In this document: positions 1 to 9,368 of the stretch, piece by piece
How positions within the stretch are numbered: position 1 is the first letter of the stretch
Layout: each line of letters opens with the position of its first letter
IMG/VR virus record: IMGVR_UViG_3300045049_000270
DNA length: 64,000 nucleotides
Origin: a virus
Taxonomy: Duplodnaviria > Heunggongvirae > Uroviricota > Caudoviricetes
Direction: 5' to 3' (one strand)
Position numbers and translations under genes: made by a program
The notes under the pieces: model-generated
Told to the model about the DNA's origin: nothing
Databases searched by the model: none
The model's input: the letters and a program-made list of their open reading frames with translations, nothing else

Positions 1-1
1 G

Positions 2-1120
2 ATGTTGAAAAGCCGTGGATGGGATCAAGCAAGAGACCGTCGAGTATTGCAAGCCGAAAGCCAGCTTACAAATTTACGTAATTTGGATATTGAAGTTGAA
101 ATCGAAAAGCATAAAAAACTGGGTGATTTCAAGGTTCTAACCACTGAATTGAACCGTACCAAACGCGATCTTCGTAGAATGGAAGGTGATCTGCTTACCA
201 AGAACTCTAGCCTAGAACGATATTTGACTGATCTTTCAGCAGCTGAAAATCACCATTGTCCGACATGTGGTCAAGAAACCCATGACGGCAGTAATGAGCG
301 TATTATTGCTGAGTTGAAAGAAAAGATTGCCAAGATTGAACCAGAGCTTATCGCCATTGCTACCGAGGTCGAAGAGCACTCAACAGTCGTAAAACAACTG
401 GAAGAGGGTTTGGCGTTGATTGGTGACGAACCAATCACAACATATGCAAGCTTGGAACAAGCACTTGAACATCGTAATACGATTAACAATCTGCTTGAGA
501 CTATATCTCGTGAAACTGAGTCGGTAAACCCATATCAAGATCAAATTAATACACTTGAAACAAGCGGTATTCAGGAAGTCTCTTATGAAACATTGAACGA
601 ATTACAAGTCTTGTTGAAACATCAAGATTTCTTGTTCAAGATGCTAACAAGCAAGGACTCGTTTATTCGTAAGAAAATCATAGACCAGAATATCAATCAC
701 TTGAATCACAGATTGAATTTCTACTTGGAAAAGTTGGCTCTACCACATGAGGTGACATTCCATTCAGATTTGAGTGTGGAAATCAATTTACTTGGTCGTG
801 ACTTTGACTTTGAACAATTGAGTCGTGGCGAATCTACTCGCGTTATTCTGGCAACTAGCTGGGCATTCCGTGATGTGTGGGAAAGCTTGAATCAAACGGT
901 CAATCTACTTTTCGTGGATGAGATGGTAGACAATGGACTTGATCAACAAGGTAGTGAGAATGCGTTGGATTTGATGAAACGTATGGCACGTGATAGAAAC
1001 AAGAACATTTTCTTGATCTCACACAAAGATGATTTGGTAGGTCGAGTGAACAAGTTGCTGCTGGTGAAGAAAGAGAATTCCTTTACTAGATTTGACAATG
1101 ACGCAGAAGACATTGAATAA
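2..1120 (+). CDS. gp46: Recombination exonuclease subunit, Rad50/SbcC-like ATPase (T4 gp46-like), 5'-truncated by the window
   Basis: CPTCG zinc hook in a coiled coil, LSRGE ABC signature, LLFVDE Walker B, ISH H-loop. Confidence 0.93.
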   Translation: MLKSRGWDQARDRRVLQAESQLTNLRNLDIEVEIEKHKKLGDFKVLTTELNRTKRDLRRMEGDLLTKNSSLERYLTDLSAAENHHCPTCGQETHDGSNERIIAELKEKIAKIEPELIAIATEVEEHSTVVKQLEEGLALIGDEPITTYASLEQALEHRNTINNLLETISRETESVNPYQDQINTLETSGIQEVSYETLNELQVLLKHQDFLFKMLTSKDSFIRKKIIDQNINHLNHRLNFYLEKLALPHEVTFHSDLSVEINLLGRDFDFEQLSRGESTRVILATSWAFRDVWESLNQTVNLLFVDEMVDNGLDQQGSENALDLMKRMARDRNKNIFLISHKDDLVGRVNKLLLVKKENSFTRFDNDAEDIE

Positions 1121-1138
1121 CTGACAACTCTGTTGTAC

Positions 1139-1167
1139 AATTTGGCACCCACGACGGGTGCCAAATT
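1139..1167. terminator. Stem-loop, probable terminator
   Basis: AATTTGGCACCC-acgac-GGGTGCCAAATT inverted repeat just after the gp46 stop. Confidence 0.6.
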
Positions 1168-1170
1168 CAT

Positions 1171-1506
1171 TTGAGCCAAGATATGTCATCAACAGTAATA
1201 ATAAAGATTCCAAGGCTTAACGCAATGCGCATAAAGCTCCAGAGCATTATGCTCCAAGCTGGCGTCGTCACTAAAGGAGTGGATGTGCAAAAGATTATCC
1301 AAAATCGGCTGGACGAATATTATGGAAAATCAGTTCATAACTGCGCTGAAATAGGCAATGAATCAGGTAAAAGTGGTTTAAGTATGCGTATTTTTAAAAT
1401 CGTAACACCGGATTCATATTGGCTTGTAGCAATGAAATTGGCTCCCAATGATCTAGAAGAAAAAATTATCCGATATTCAACAATAACCTACACGGACACA
1501 CTATGA
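1171..1506 (+). CDS. Hypothetical protein
   Basis: 111-aa ORF with ATGA overlap to the next ORF; start uncertain. Confidence 0.6.
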   Translation: MSQDMSSTVIIKIPRLNAMRIKLQSIMLQAGVVTKGVDVQKIIQNRLDEYYGKSVHNCAEIGNESGKSGLSMRIFKIVTPDSYWLVAMKLAPNDLEEKIIRYSTITYTDTL

Positions 1507-1862
1507 TGGACCAACCAGAAGACAAGAAAGAAGAAATTAAAATCGAAAACGTCGAAGTCAATCCATTCGACGAATATTGGGATCCGCGGTCACTGTTCAA
1601 GGATATTCAGTATCGTCTGTTGTTTGAGAACAAGAATGAGTTCTACAACAACTATCTGGCTGGAGAACTAGAGGATCTCATGAATTCGCAATGTGGTGAA
1701 GAAGGTAAAGATTGGTTCATCCGTTATGAATTCAATTCCAACGCAGAATATGGTATTGAACTATATTGCCAGAATACTGGTTGGATGATTCTAACAAAGC
1801 TTGTTAATCCAGAACACGAAGCTTTGCCAAAGATTAAACGGATTGAAAAACGTAATCGCTGA
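1503..1862 (+). CDS. Hypothetical protein
   Basis: 119-aa ORF with phage-like codon usage. Confidence 0.75.
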   Translation: MMDQPEDKKEEIKIENVEVNPFDEYWDPRSLFKDIQYRLLFENKNEFYNNYLAGELEDLMNSQCGEEGKDWFIRYEFNSNAEYGIELYCQNTGWMILTKLVNPEHEALPKIKRIEKRNR

Positions 1863-2333
1863 TTAGCTGTTGATGGTTGATGAGCCCTTAACGGGCTCAT
1901 CAACCATCCTGAAGATTTTTCGAACGTGTTCTCGGTGGCAGAGCATAAACATCATGAGGTCAGATTCTGATTCGAGTTTGATGCTCTTAATCGCAGCGAG
2001 CTTTTTACTGCGGATACGATAGATCTTATATTGGGACGACAAACAAGACTTCAACCAATTGGTCAATTCTATATTGAGTTTATCAAGCACCGACCAAGTT
2101 CTTTCTTGTGAAATGAATACTTCATATTCGAAGATTTCGCCTTCTTTCTTCTGAACCTCACGGACATTCAGGTTCTGTCGAGACGCTAGTCTACTTCTAC
2201 GACCAGATTGGCGACTATTGAAGTGGTTCCTTTTTGGAGTACTATATGATTGCCGCCAAGATCTAATTCGACGTCCAATTCTTACACGTCTTCCACGCAA
2301 GGGTGCTGCTCTACGACGTGGTCTCTTTGCCAT
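1863..2333 (-). CDS. Hypothetical protein with Arg-rich N-terminus
   Basis: Tightly coupled to the resolvase gene; C-terminal LESESDLMMFML resembles the small-protein family motif. Confidence 0.7.
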   Translation of the reverse strand: MAKRPRRRAAPLRGRRVRIGRRIRSWRQSYSTPKRNHFNSRQSGRRSRLASRQNLNVREVQKKEGEIFEYEVFISQERTWSVLDKLNIELTNWLKSCLSSQYKIYRIRSKKLAAIKSIKLESESDLMMFMLCHREHVRKIFRMVDEPVKGSSTINS

Positions 2334-2334
2334 T

Positions 2335-2847
2335 TTATGCTGTAATTTGCAAGATAATACTTTTGTTTAGTGTAAAGAATTCTTCGAGTTCTGTCACAAT
2401 AAACTTACCATGCTTACCAGTATATACTGAGTGATTACCGAAAGTATATTTTTCTGATCCGTCAAATGGTACCGCAGCAAAGAACCCTTTGCGATTGATC
2501 TTAAAAGCAACATACCAAACATCACCTTCTTCGACGCAATCTAGAGTTTGATCAATCCACGTATCCAACTGAGGAATGGCACCTGGTGTCATCAATGAAT
2601 GAAAAGGGAAATCGGCGTAGAATTTCGACTCCAATACCAACTTTGGCATGAAGTCAGGAGGTTGAATGTCACCTTTTGCATGACGTACTTGACCCTCGCT
2701 CAAATATTCACGGCGGATGGCATTTGTGCCACCAATATATGCGCCTGAACCAGGAACACGAATAAATGATCCTTCAAAAATTCCAGCAAGAATTTTACAG
2801 AGCTCGCGCTCTCCAGCATTACCCTTAACCTTAGCCTTACTTGGCAT
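2335..2847 (-). CDS. Holliday junction resolvase-like PD-(D/E)xK nuclease
   Basis: KxKGxxGERE N-terminus, GDI and ExK motifs; AAGGA RBS. Confidence 0.8.
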   Translation of the reverse strand: MPSKAKVKGNAGERELCKILAGIFEGSFIRVPGSGAYIGGTNAIRREYLSEGQVRHAKGDIQPPDFMPKLVLESKFYADFPFHSLMTPGAIPQLDTWIDQTLDCVEEGDVWYVAFKINRKGFFAAVPFDGSEKYTFGNHSVYTGKHGKFIVTELEEFFTLNKSIILQITA

Positions 2848-3112
2848 ATTTTTTCCTTATTGTGGCAAGGGCGCTTGCTGCCCTTGCCAATCTTTGTTAT
2901 AGTTACGGTATGGTGAGCATACCTCTATTATTTAATTAGAACTGTTAGAGGATGTAACCACCTAAATGATTAAGCCATTATAACTGCAGGTGTGATGGCA
3001 GTCTAATCATTTGCCGAGCAGTAACGGCGCTGATACCTTTATAATTATTAGTATAATAAATTTGATAGTAGTACCAGATCATCTAATACAAATATAAGCC
3101 CATAGATGGTCG

Positions 3113-3145
3113 AATGGCACTAAGATTTGATATCTTAGTGCCATT
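3113..3145 (-). terminator. Stem-loop terminator
   Basis: AATGGCACTAAGAT/ATCTTAGTGCCATT 14-bp inverted repeat downstream of 3151..3336. Confidence 0.65.
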
Positions 3146-3150
3146 TCTCA

Positions 3151-3336
3151 TTAGAGTAGCATCATACCCGATTGCTCAGTTGATTTGATTCGCTTCTTGA
3201 TTGCTTCGATCATTATTCGACGTTCGTCAACACATAAAGTCCAAGCTTCTTCACGTGGTAAACTACCTCTGGAATGCCACATCAATTCATGAATTTGTTC
3301 AGTTAGCTCATCTCGTTCCTGTTTTAGATATGCCAA
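3151..3336 (-). CDS. gp51-like baseplate hub/tail assembly protein, probably the C-terminal part of a -1 frameshift fusion
   Basis: EEAWTLxxDERxIMI pattern typical of gp51/GT-type chaperone tails; weak TTG start; frame stays open back to the slippery site at 3381..3387. Confidence 0.6.
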   Translation of the reverse strand: MAYLKQERDELTEQIHELMWHSRGSLPREEAWTLCVDERRIMIEAIKKRIKSTEQSGMMLL

Positions 3337-3374
3337 ATATTCTGGTATCTTTTCAGGTGAGGTATGGAGGAGCT

Positions 3375-4214
3375 TTACCCGAAAAAATTTGATGGATCAA
3401 ATTCAACCGTGGTTTTAAACAGTTCCTGGCATTTTGCACACTGTACTTCTTGATCCTTCTGGACACCAGCTTCATTAACTTTCTTTAGCTGTAATTCAAT
3501 TTTCTTTGTCCAATCAGCTGGAATATTATTGATAAAGTCACGAATCATGGATCGGTCGATAACCTGGCCCTCAGGAACTACAATCATCTCGATACTATCA
3601 ACGATTGATTCGACATTCATTTGATTGATACGATCAAAACTAATATTCAATTCGCGTTGTTTTTCTTCTTCTGAAGCGTCAGAATCTTCTAGAATCTGCA
3701 TCTTACGAGCTTCTTGAAAAGCTAGTGTGCTGATATTAGTGCTCGTAACCAGATTAAACGGACGAACATACACAATAACTTCATCGTTCAAACGAACAGG
3801 ATATTCAGGCTCGAGCGGGACCGCAGTATCAAGAATAGCTGAAATGCTAAATGCAAATGTGTTTTCGGCCTTGCATTTTGGACATTCGCATTCGATATCC
3901 ATTTGATCGCCGAATGTAGATGCACGAATAGCCAGTAGAACCGCGTCAACATCCGGTGTTGGGAGTCTTTGTGGATCAGCAATGTTTGGAACACAGCTAC
4001 GAATACATGATTCAATAGCATGGCCACTCATTAGCGCATCAGGGCTCTTCATAAGCATTTCATCGGCACCGCGCATTGGTAGAACGGGTACGTCGCCATT
4101 TGGGGCAAATGTGACGTTTCCTTCTGGTTGGAAACGACCTCCACTCGGCAATCGTACATTTATACCAGGAGCACGATAATATTTTGCCAAAGGATTTGGA
4201 GTCATAGATGTCAT
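3375..4214 (-). CDS. gp26: T4 gp26-like baseplate hub subunit / tail assembly chaperone
   Basis: NPLxxYxR, LPSxG, two CxxC pairs, C-terminal NFF; late promoter upstream. Confidence 0.75.
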   Translation of the reverse strand: MTSMTPNPLAKYYRAPGINVRLPSGGRFQPEGNVTFAPNGDVPVLPMRGADEMLMKSPDALMSGHAIESCIRSCVPNIADPQRLPTPDVDAVLLAIRASTFGDQMDIECECPKCKAENTFAFSISAILDTAVPLEPEYPVRLNDEVIVYVRPFNLVTSTNISTLAFQEARKMQILEDSDASEEEKQRELNISFDRINQMNVESIVDSIEMIVVPEGQVIDRSMIRDFINNIPADWTKKIELQLKKVNEAGVQKDQEVQCAKCQELFKTTVEFDPSNFFG

Positions 4215-4243
4215 AGTTTCCTCGTTAAGTACACTGTTTACTC

Positions 4244-4290
4244 TATTTATGAGTGAGTAATTATCTATGTACTTAATGTCTGAATAAATA
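4244..4290. promoter_or_regulatory. Divergent pair of T4-like late promoters (ATAAATA)
   Basis: TATTTAT at 4244..4250 (minus) and ATAAATA at 4284..4290 (plus) between gp26-like and tape measure genes. Confidence 0.7.
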
Positions 4291-4318
4291 TTCAGATAAC
4301 TTATAAACTGGATTCACC

Positions 4319-7111
4319 ATGGCAGACGTATCTAACCAAGATTTTGCTGAGCTATTATCTCATATAAAAGATCTCACTGGTTCTATGAACAAACTGGTGA
4401 AGAATAGTGATGCAGAACTAAAATATACCAAAGATGTTGCTTCGAAACATGGCGAAGGTTCATTCAAAGGTGCCAGAAAAGACGCTGGTGACGTATCAAA
4501 AGCGTTTACTGCTCTTGGTAACGGTGTGGTTCGTTTTGCTAAACACTTAGAATCCAACACAATCAATGTATCTGGTTCCTTTAAGAAACTAAGCACCGCC
4601 ACTGAAGGTGCATCCGGTTTCTTTTCTAAAACGGCCGCAACCTTTGTGGCAGCAGGTGCCATGATTGGTGTTGCGGTTGAGGAAAATATCAAACGCACAT
4701 TCCAGACATATCAGGGGATGCGAAATATTGGTCAAACATTTGGTGGTAGTTTACTCCAATTACAACTGTCAGCAGCTCAAGCCCGTTTGCCTTTAGATAA
4801 ATTTGCAGAACTCTTGAAGAACAATGGTCAAGCAGCGGCCTCACTCGGCGCACAAGGACTTGGCCAGTGGAGCCGAGGTTTGCGCGAAAGTTTGAAAGAC
4901 GTTGGTGAATTGGGTATGTCAACTGATCAACTGAATGACGTGGTTGGTAACTATACTCAAACAATGATGTTATTTGGTCGTTTGCAAACCACGACTAATC
5001 AACAAGCCATTGCCTCGATGCGCGATTTGTCAATTGAAGCAACTGCGTTGGCTGGGGTTAGTGGTAAAAATCGCATGGAATTGATGAAGGATGCAAATAC
5101 TGCTCTGCAATCCGCGACTTTACGTTCGGCGGCAATTACACAAGAAGGCCGTAACAGCCAAGCAGTAATTAATGCTACTACGAAAGCAACGATGTTCTTG
5201 GCTTCGCTACCGGGTGAAGCCGGTTCTACACTATCAAAGATGTTGGCTGATACTGTTGGTAGCAATGGTGCATATATGACCGAGGCGGTGAAGGATTTCA
5301 CCAATGCTGGCTTATATGGTGTTGCCAATATGATGGACACTATGGCTGACAAGGTAAAAAGTGGTAAAGACCTATCTCCTGAGGACGAAGCCAAATTTTA
5401 TCGAGACTTCATAGCTCAAGGTAAAGCCAATATGGCAACCTTGAATTTGCAAGCTCAAGCAGGTAATCAATCGGCCATCAAAGCTATTTCGATGATCAAG
5501 GATATGGAAAACCAAGCTGGTAATTTTACAGCCGATAATATCCGTAAGCAACGTGAACAAGCACAAATGCAAACTGATGCAACTAAAGCAATCAGTAATC
5601 TTCAGGAAATATTCAACGAAGTAAGTGGTGCAATTCGTGAACGTTTCCTAAAAACAATCATCGCGTGGTCTGAAACACCATCTTTCAAGGATCTTATCGA
5701 AAACTTTAAGAAGCTCGGTGGGCAAGTATCTGAACTATGGTCAAAATATTTTACTCCTGAAAATTTACAGAAAATCGGTAATGCTATTTTCTGGCTTGGC
5801 GAAAAATTCATAAGTGGTATTAGTCTTGCTGTAGATGGTTTCACCAAAATAGTAAGTGTTGTGAATAGGATGGTCGATACATTCGGTAGACTTGGGACCG
5901 CCGCGATGTTATTGGCTGCGTATTTTGGAACAAAATTTCTTGCTAAACGTTATGCACAAGCTCAGACCGATTCACGCCAGCGTGTAGCTATGGCGGCTGG
6001 CGTGAGTCAAGCATTGGCCCGATACAGTTCTGGTGGAGCGTTGCGTGTCATTGGTGGAGGATTTGGCAGTAACGCTATTGCTGAAGCTGAAGAAGAATTA
6101 CGGGAAACTGGGTTGAATGCAGCACGTGGTACACGTTGGCGGCGCGCTGGATATAATGCTGGTCAACGATTTGGACGAGGTATATCGGCCATTCGTAATT
6201 TCCCGTCAACAGCTATAGAACTTGCCAGAAATGCGCCTGGTGGTTTGTTGCGTGGAGCAGGTACACTAGCTAAAGGAGTTGGTCCATCGTTACTGAGAGG
6301 CGCCATGCGTTATGGTGGTATCGCCAGTGCGTTGGGTGGTGTCGCTCTTGATATGGCGCCAAATTTCCGTGGCAAAGAAACACTTTCAAATGCTTTATCG
6401 ATGGGTGGTCTAGGAGCCCAGATTGGTTCAATTTTTGGTCCACTTGGTACATTGATTGGTGGTGGAGTGGGTGCTCTAGCTGGTATAATCATGTCAAATT
6501 GGGAACCAATTAAGAATGCCTTAGGTAAGGCAATTGATTGGATAGGTAGTGCCGTAACTAAAGTATTTGGATGGGTAGCAACTGCATTTAAATTCACACC
6601 GATCGGTATGGCGGTTTCACTATTTGAGTCGCTGAAGAACAATGGATTGACTGGTACCTTCGATGCTATAAAAGAAAAGTTTGATGGTTTCTTTGCTGGT
6701 ATTGGTAATATGGCGAGCAGTGTTGGTGAATGGATTGCTAACAAATTCTCATGGTTAAAGAATTTTGATGTTTTTGGAATCATGAAGAAGGCCATTCTTG
6801 CATTGCCTGGAGGTTCACTATTGGTGAACGCATTTGAAAAAGCAGTAGGTACTACGAACGTTTCGGGGCCGGCTTCAAGTGCTACTACACCCAATACACC
6901 GAATGTAGAAGTAGATCGTTTACAAAACTTAGTAAATACACTCCAGAAACAAAATGCTGACATGCAGAAACAAATGCATTCTCAACAACAAGTTATGTTG
7001 AAGATTCTTGAAGCCTTGCAACATGGTAATGCACAAGATCGCGCAATTGCAATGGCGGCACAAGATTCAATGAAGAAACTCGGCATGAATATGGATCCTA
7101 ATAAAGCATAA
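4319..7111 (+). CDS. Tape measure-like protein
   Basis: 930 aa, Ala/Gly-rich and helical, hydrophobic Gly-rich segments and periodic W/F; adjacent to chaperone and portal. Confidence 0.75.
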   Translation: MADVSNQDFAELLSHIKDLTGSMNKLVKNSDAELKYTKDVASKHGEGSFKGARKDAGDVSKAFTALGNGVVRFAKHLESNTINVSGSFKKLSTATEGASGFFSKTAATFVAAGAMIGVAVEENIKRTFQTYQGMRNIGQTFGGSLLQLQLSAAQARLPLDKFAELLKNNGQAAASLGAQGLGQWSRGLRESLKDVGELGMSTDQLNDVVGNYTQTMMLFGRLQTTTNQQAIASMRDLSIEATALAGVSGKNRMELMKDANTALQSATLRSAAITQEGRNSQAVINATTKATMFLASLPGEAGSTLSKMLADTVGSNGAYMTEAVKDFTNAGLYGVANMMDTMADKVKSGKDLSPEDEAKFYRDFIAQGKANMATLNLQAQAGNQSAIKAISMIKDMENQAGNFTADNIRKQREQAQMQTDATKAISNLQEIFNEVSGAIRERFLKTIIAWSETPSFKDLIENFKKLGGQVSELWSKYFTPENLQKIGNAIFWLGEKFISGISLAVDGFTKIVSVVNRMVDTFGRLGTAAMLLAAYFGTKFLAKRYAQAQTDSRQRVAMAAGVSQALARYSSGGALRVIGGGFGSNAIAEAEEELRETGLNAARGTRWRRAGYNAGQRFGRGISAIRNFPSTAIELARNAPGGLLRGAGTLAKGVGPSLLRGAMRYGGIASALGGVALDMAPNFRGKETLSNALSMGGLGAQIGSIFGPLGTLIGGGVGALAGIIMSNWEPIKNALGKAIDWIGSAVTKVFGWVATAFKFTPIGMAVSLFESLKNNGLTGTFDAIKEKFDGFFAGIGNMASSVGEWIANKFSWLKNFDVFGIMKKAILALPGGSLLVNAFEKAVGTTNVSGPASSATTPNTPNVEVDRLQNLVNTLQKQNADMQKQMHSQQQVMLKILEALQHGNAQDRAIAMAAQDSMKKLGMNMDPNKA

Positions 7112-7146
7112 CCACCTTTTTGACAGGTTCGCATAACATTAATAGA

Positions 7147-7153
7147 ATAAATA
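7147..7153 (+). promoter_or_regulatory. Late promoter ATAAATA
   Basis: Motif 29 nt upstream of the portal start. Confidence 0.65.
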
Positions 7154-7181
7154 TTCAAAATTCCTAAGGAAGAAGAATAAC

Positions 7182-8942
7182 GTGACATGGCGTAAGCATT
7201 TTCGTATGGTAAAGATGCCGGGGCAGAAAAATCCTGGATCTACCGGTGGAAGTCTGGGTGGTTCTGGTAGTAAATTTTCAAGCTATTTGCCAGAAATTTA
7301 TGCCGGACATCCAAATAGAATTCAACGATATTTTCAATATGAGGATATGGATCGAGACAGCGAGATCAATGCGGCTCTCGATACTATTGCCGACTTCTGT
7401 ACTCAAAGTGAAGAACAGAATGATCAGCCTTTTTATATTAGATACAACGATGAAGCAACAGATACCGAAGTAACAATTATTCACCAATTACTTCAGAAGT
7501 GGTGCAAACTTAATAACTTTCGTAGTCGCTTGTATACTGCGTTTCGAAATGTTATTAAGAACGGTGATCAATTCTTCTTACGTGATCCAGAAACAAAAGA
7601 ATGGTTGTGGATTAGCCACTTTGATGTTGAACTCGTTCGAGTAGACGAAGCGGCTGGTAAAATTCCAATGGAATATGTTATTCGTAATCTGGATTACGGC
7701 AAGCAAGATAAATTTGCTACCAAGCCCGCCGATCCAAATGAATACAATACTCCAATGGGTATGGCGACTTCACCATTTACTCGTACATCAAGTGCATCAG
7801 TATCTCCTGGTAATATGTTCACACTTCCGGGACAGGGAGCTGATCCTCGTATGGGTAATCAATCAGTCCCACAAAGCCACGTTGTTGATGCCAAGCATGT
7901 TGTGCATTTGAGCTTGTCAACTGGTATGGATGAGAATTGGCCTTTTGGATCATCAGTGCTGGAACCAGTATTCAAGACCTTTAAGCAAAAAGAATTGTTG
8001 GAAGATGCAGTTATCATTTACCGTGTTCAACGTGCTCCAGAACGACGCATTTTCTACATCGACGTGGGTGGTATGAACCCAGTTATGGCTAATGCTCACG
8101 TTGAAAAGATTAAAAATGATATTCACCAACGTCGTATTCCAAACCGTACAGGTGGTGGCAATTCGATCATGGATGCTGCATACAACCCGTTGACTATGAT
8201 GGAAGATTACTTCTTTGCACAGACGCCAGAAGGTCGCGGCTCTAAGGTAGAAACATTGCCTGGAGGTGATAACCTTGGTGAGATTTCAGACTTGGAATTC
8301 TTTAATAAGAAACTACGTGCTGGTTTGCGTATTCCATCATCATACTTGCCTGGTGGAGAAGATAATCAACAGATTGCCTACAACGACGGTAAGATGGGGG
8401 CGGCAATGATTCAGGAATTCCGTTTCAACAAATATTGTATGCGTTTGCAGAATATGCTCGCGCCAGTATTTGATAAGGAATTCAAATTGTTTATTAAAGA
8501 AAACGGCATTCAAATTGAAGAAAGCCTTTTCGAAATGCTGTTCAATCCACCACAAAACTTCACAAAATATCGCCAGATTGAACTCGATGCGGCACAAATG
8601 AATGTGTATGCCCAAGTTGCTGACAATAAACGATTGGCAGAACGTTTCAAGTTGAAGCGTTTCTTGAATCTTACTGATGAAGAGATTCTGGAAAATGAAC
8701 GTATGTGGGCTGAAGAAAACCCACAAAAAATGAAGAGTGCAATTGGTACCACCTCAGCAGATGCAAATCCACCTGATGGATTAAGTTCTGTGGGTGTTAG
8801 TTCTTCCGCTGGTGACGACTTCGGCGATATGGGAGATGATAATCTCGAGGACACCACATCTGAAGAGGGTGGTGAAGAAAATAATACTGAGGAAGGTGGT
8901 TCTGAAGGAGTAGGAGCAATACCCCCAGAAGGAGAAGAATAA
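7182..8942 (+). CDS. gp20: Portal vertex protein (T4 gp20-like)
   Basis: LLEDAVIIYRVQRAPERRIFYIDVG, EDYFF, GRGSKVETLPGG motifs. Confidence 0.97.
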   Translation: MTWRKHFRMVKMPGQKNPGSTGGSLGGSGSKFSSYLPEIYAGHPNRIQRYFQYEDMDRDSEINAALDTIADFCTQSEEQNDQPFYIRYNDEATDTEVTIIHQLLQKWCKLNNFRSRLYTAFRNVIKNGDQFFLRDPETKEWLWISHFDVELVRVDEAAGKIPMEYVIRNLDYGKQDKFATKPADPNEYNTPMGMATSPFTRTSSASVSPGNMFTLPGQGADPRMGNQSVPQSHVVDAKHVVHLSLSTGMDENWPFGSSVLEPVFKTFKQKELLEDAVIIYRVQRAPERRIFYIDVGGMNPVMANAHVEKIKNDIHQRRIPNRTGGGNSIMDAAYNPLTMMEDYFFAQTPEGRGSKVETLPGGDNLGEISDLEFFNKKLRAGLRIPSSYLPGGEDNQQIAYNDGKMGAAMIQEFRFNKYCMRLQNMLAPVFDKEFKLFIKENGIQIEESLFEMLFNPPQNFTKYRQIELDAAQMNVYAQVADNKRLAERFKLKRFLNLTDEEILENERMWAEENPQKMKSAIGTTSADANPPDGLSSVGVSSSAGDDFGDMGDDNLEDTTSEEGGEENNTEEGGSEGVGAIPPEGEE

Positions 8943-9172
8943 TGGAAACTGACGATTTTAATAATGATTTGCCAACAAATTATGACCCAGATTCTGACGA
9001 ATTGGGAGCAGCAGATATTATGGATACGCGTAAAGATCGTCTAACGCTTCGAGATCTAAATCGTCTCAAGAAACTTCGTGCTTTTCGCAAGTTAGAAATG
9101 TTGAAGCGACAAGATACATTGGCTGCAATCTATGGCCAAGGTGGTGGTGAAGAAGACGAAGGCGGATTCTAA
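8942..9172 (+). CDS. Small head-module protein
   Basis: TAATG-coupled to the portal gene; RLTLRDLNRLKKLR basic helix. Confidence 0.75.
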   Translation: METDDFNNDLPTNYDPDSDELGAADIMDTRKDRLTLRDLNRLKKLRAFRKLEMLKRQDTLAAIYGQGGGEEDEGGF

Positions 9173-9182
9173 AATCCACAAC

Positions 9183-9218
9183 AATAAAATGGCGAGGGAA
9201 TTCCCTCGCCATTTTATT
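9183..9218. terminator. Bidirectional terminator
   Basis: Perfect palindrome AATAAAATGGCGAGGGAA/TTCCCTCGCCATTTTATT. Confidence 0.8.
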
Positions 9219-9368
9219 TTGATCTCATCTTATCAATGTAACAAAACCGTAATAACACATTATTTGGTAAAAATCGCGTTTTTTCGGGCTTATGGCAACT
9301 TCGAATTAACTACGAACTAAATAACAAAGAACGAACATTATATGTGCGTTAATTTAGGGAGACTTAAA

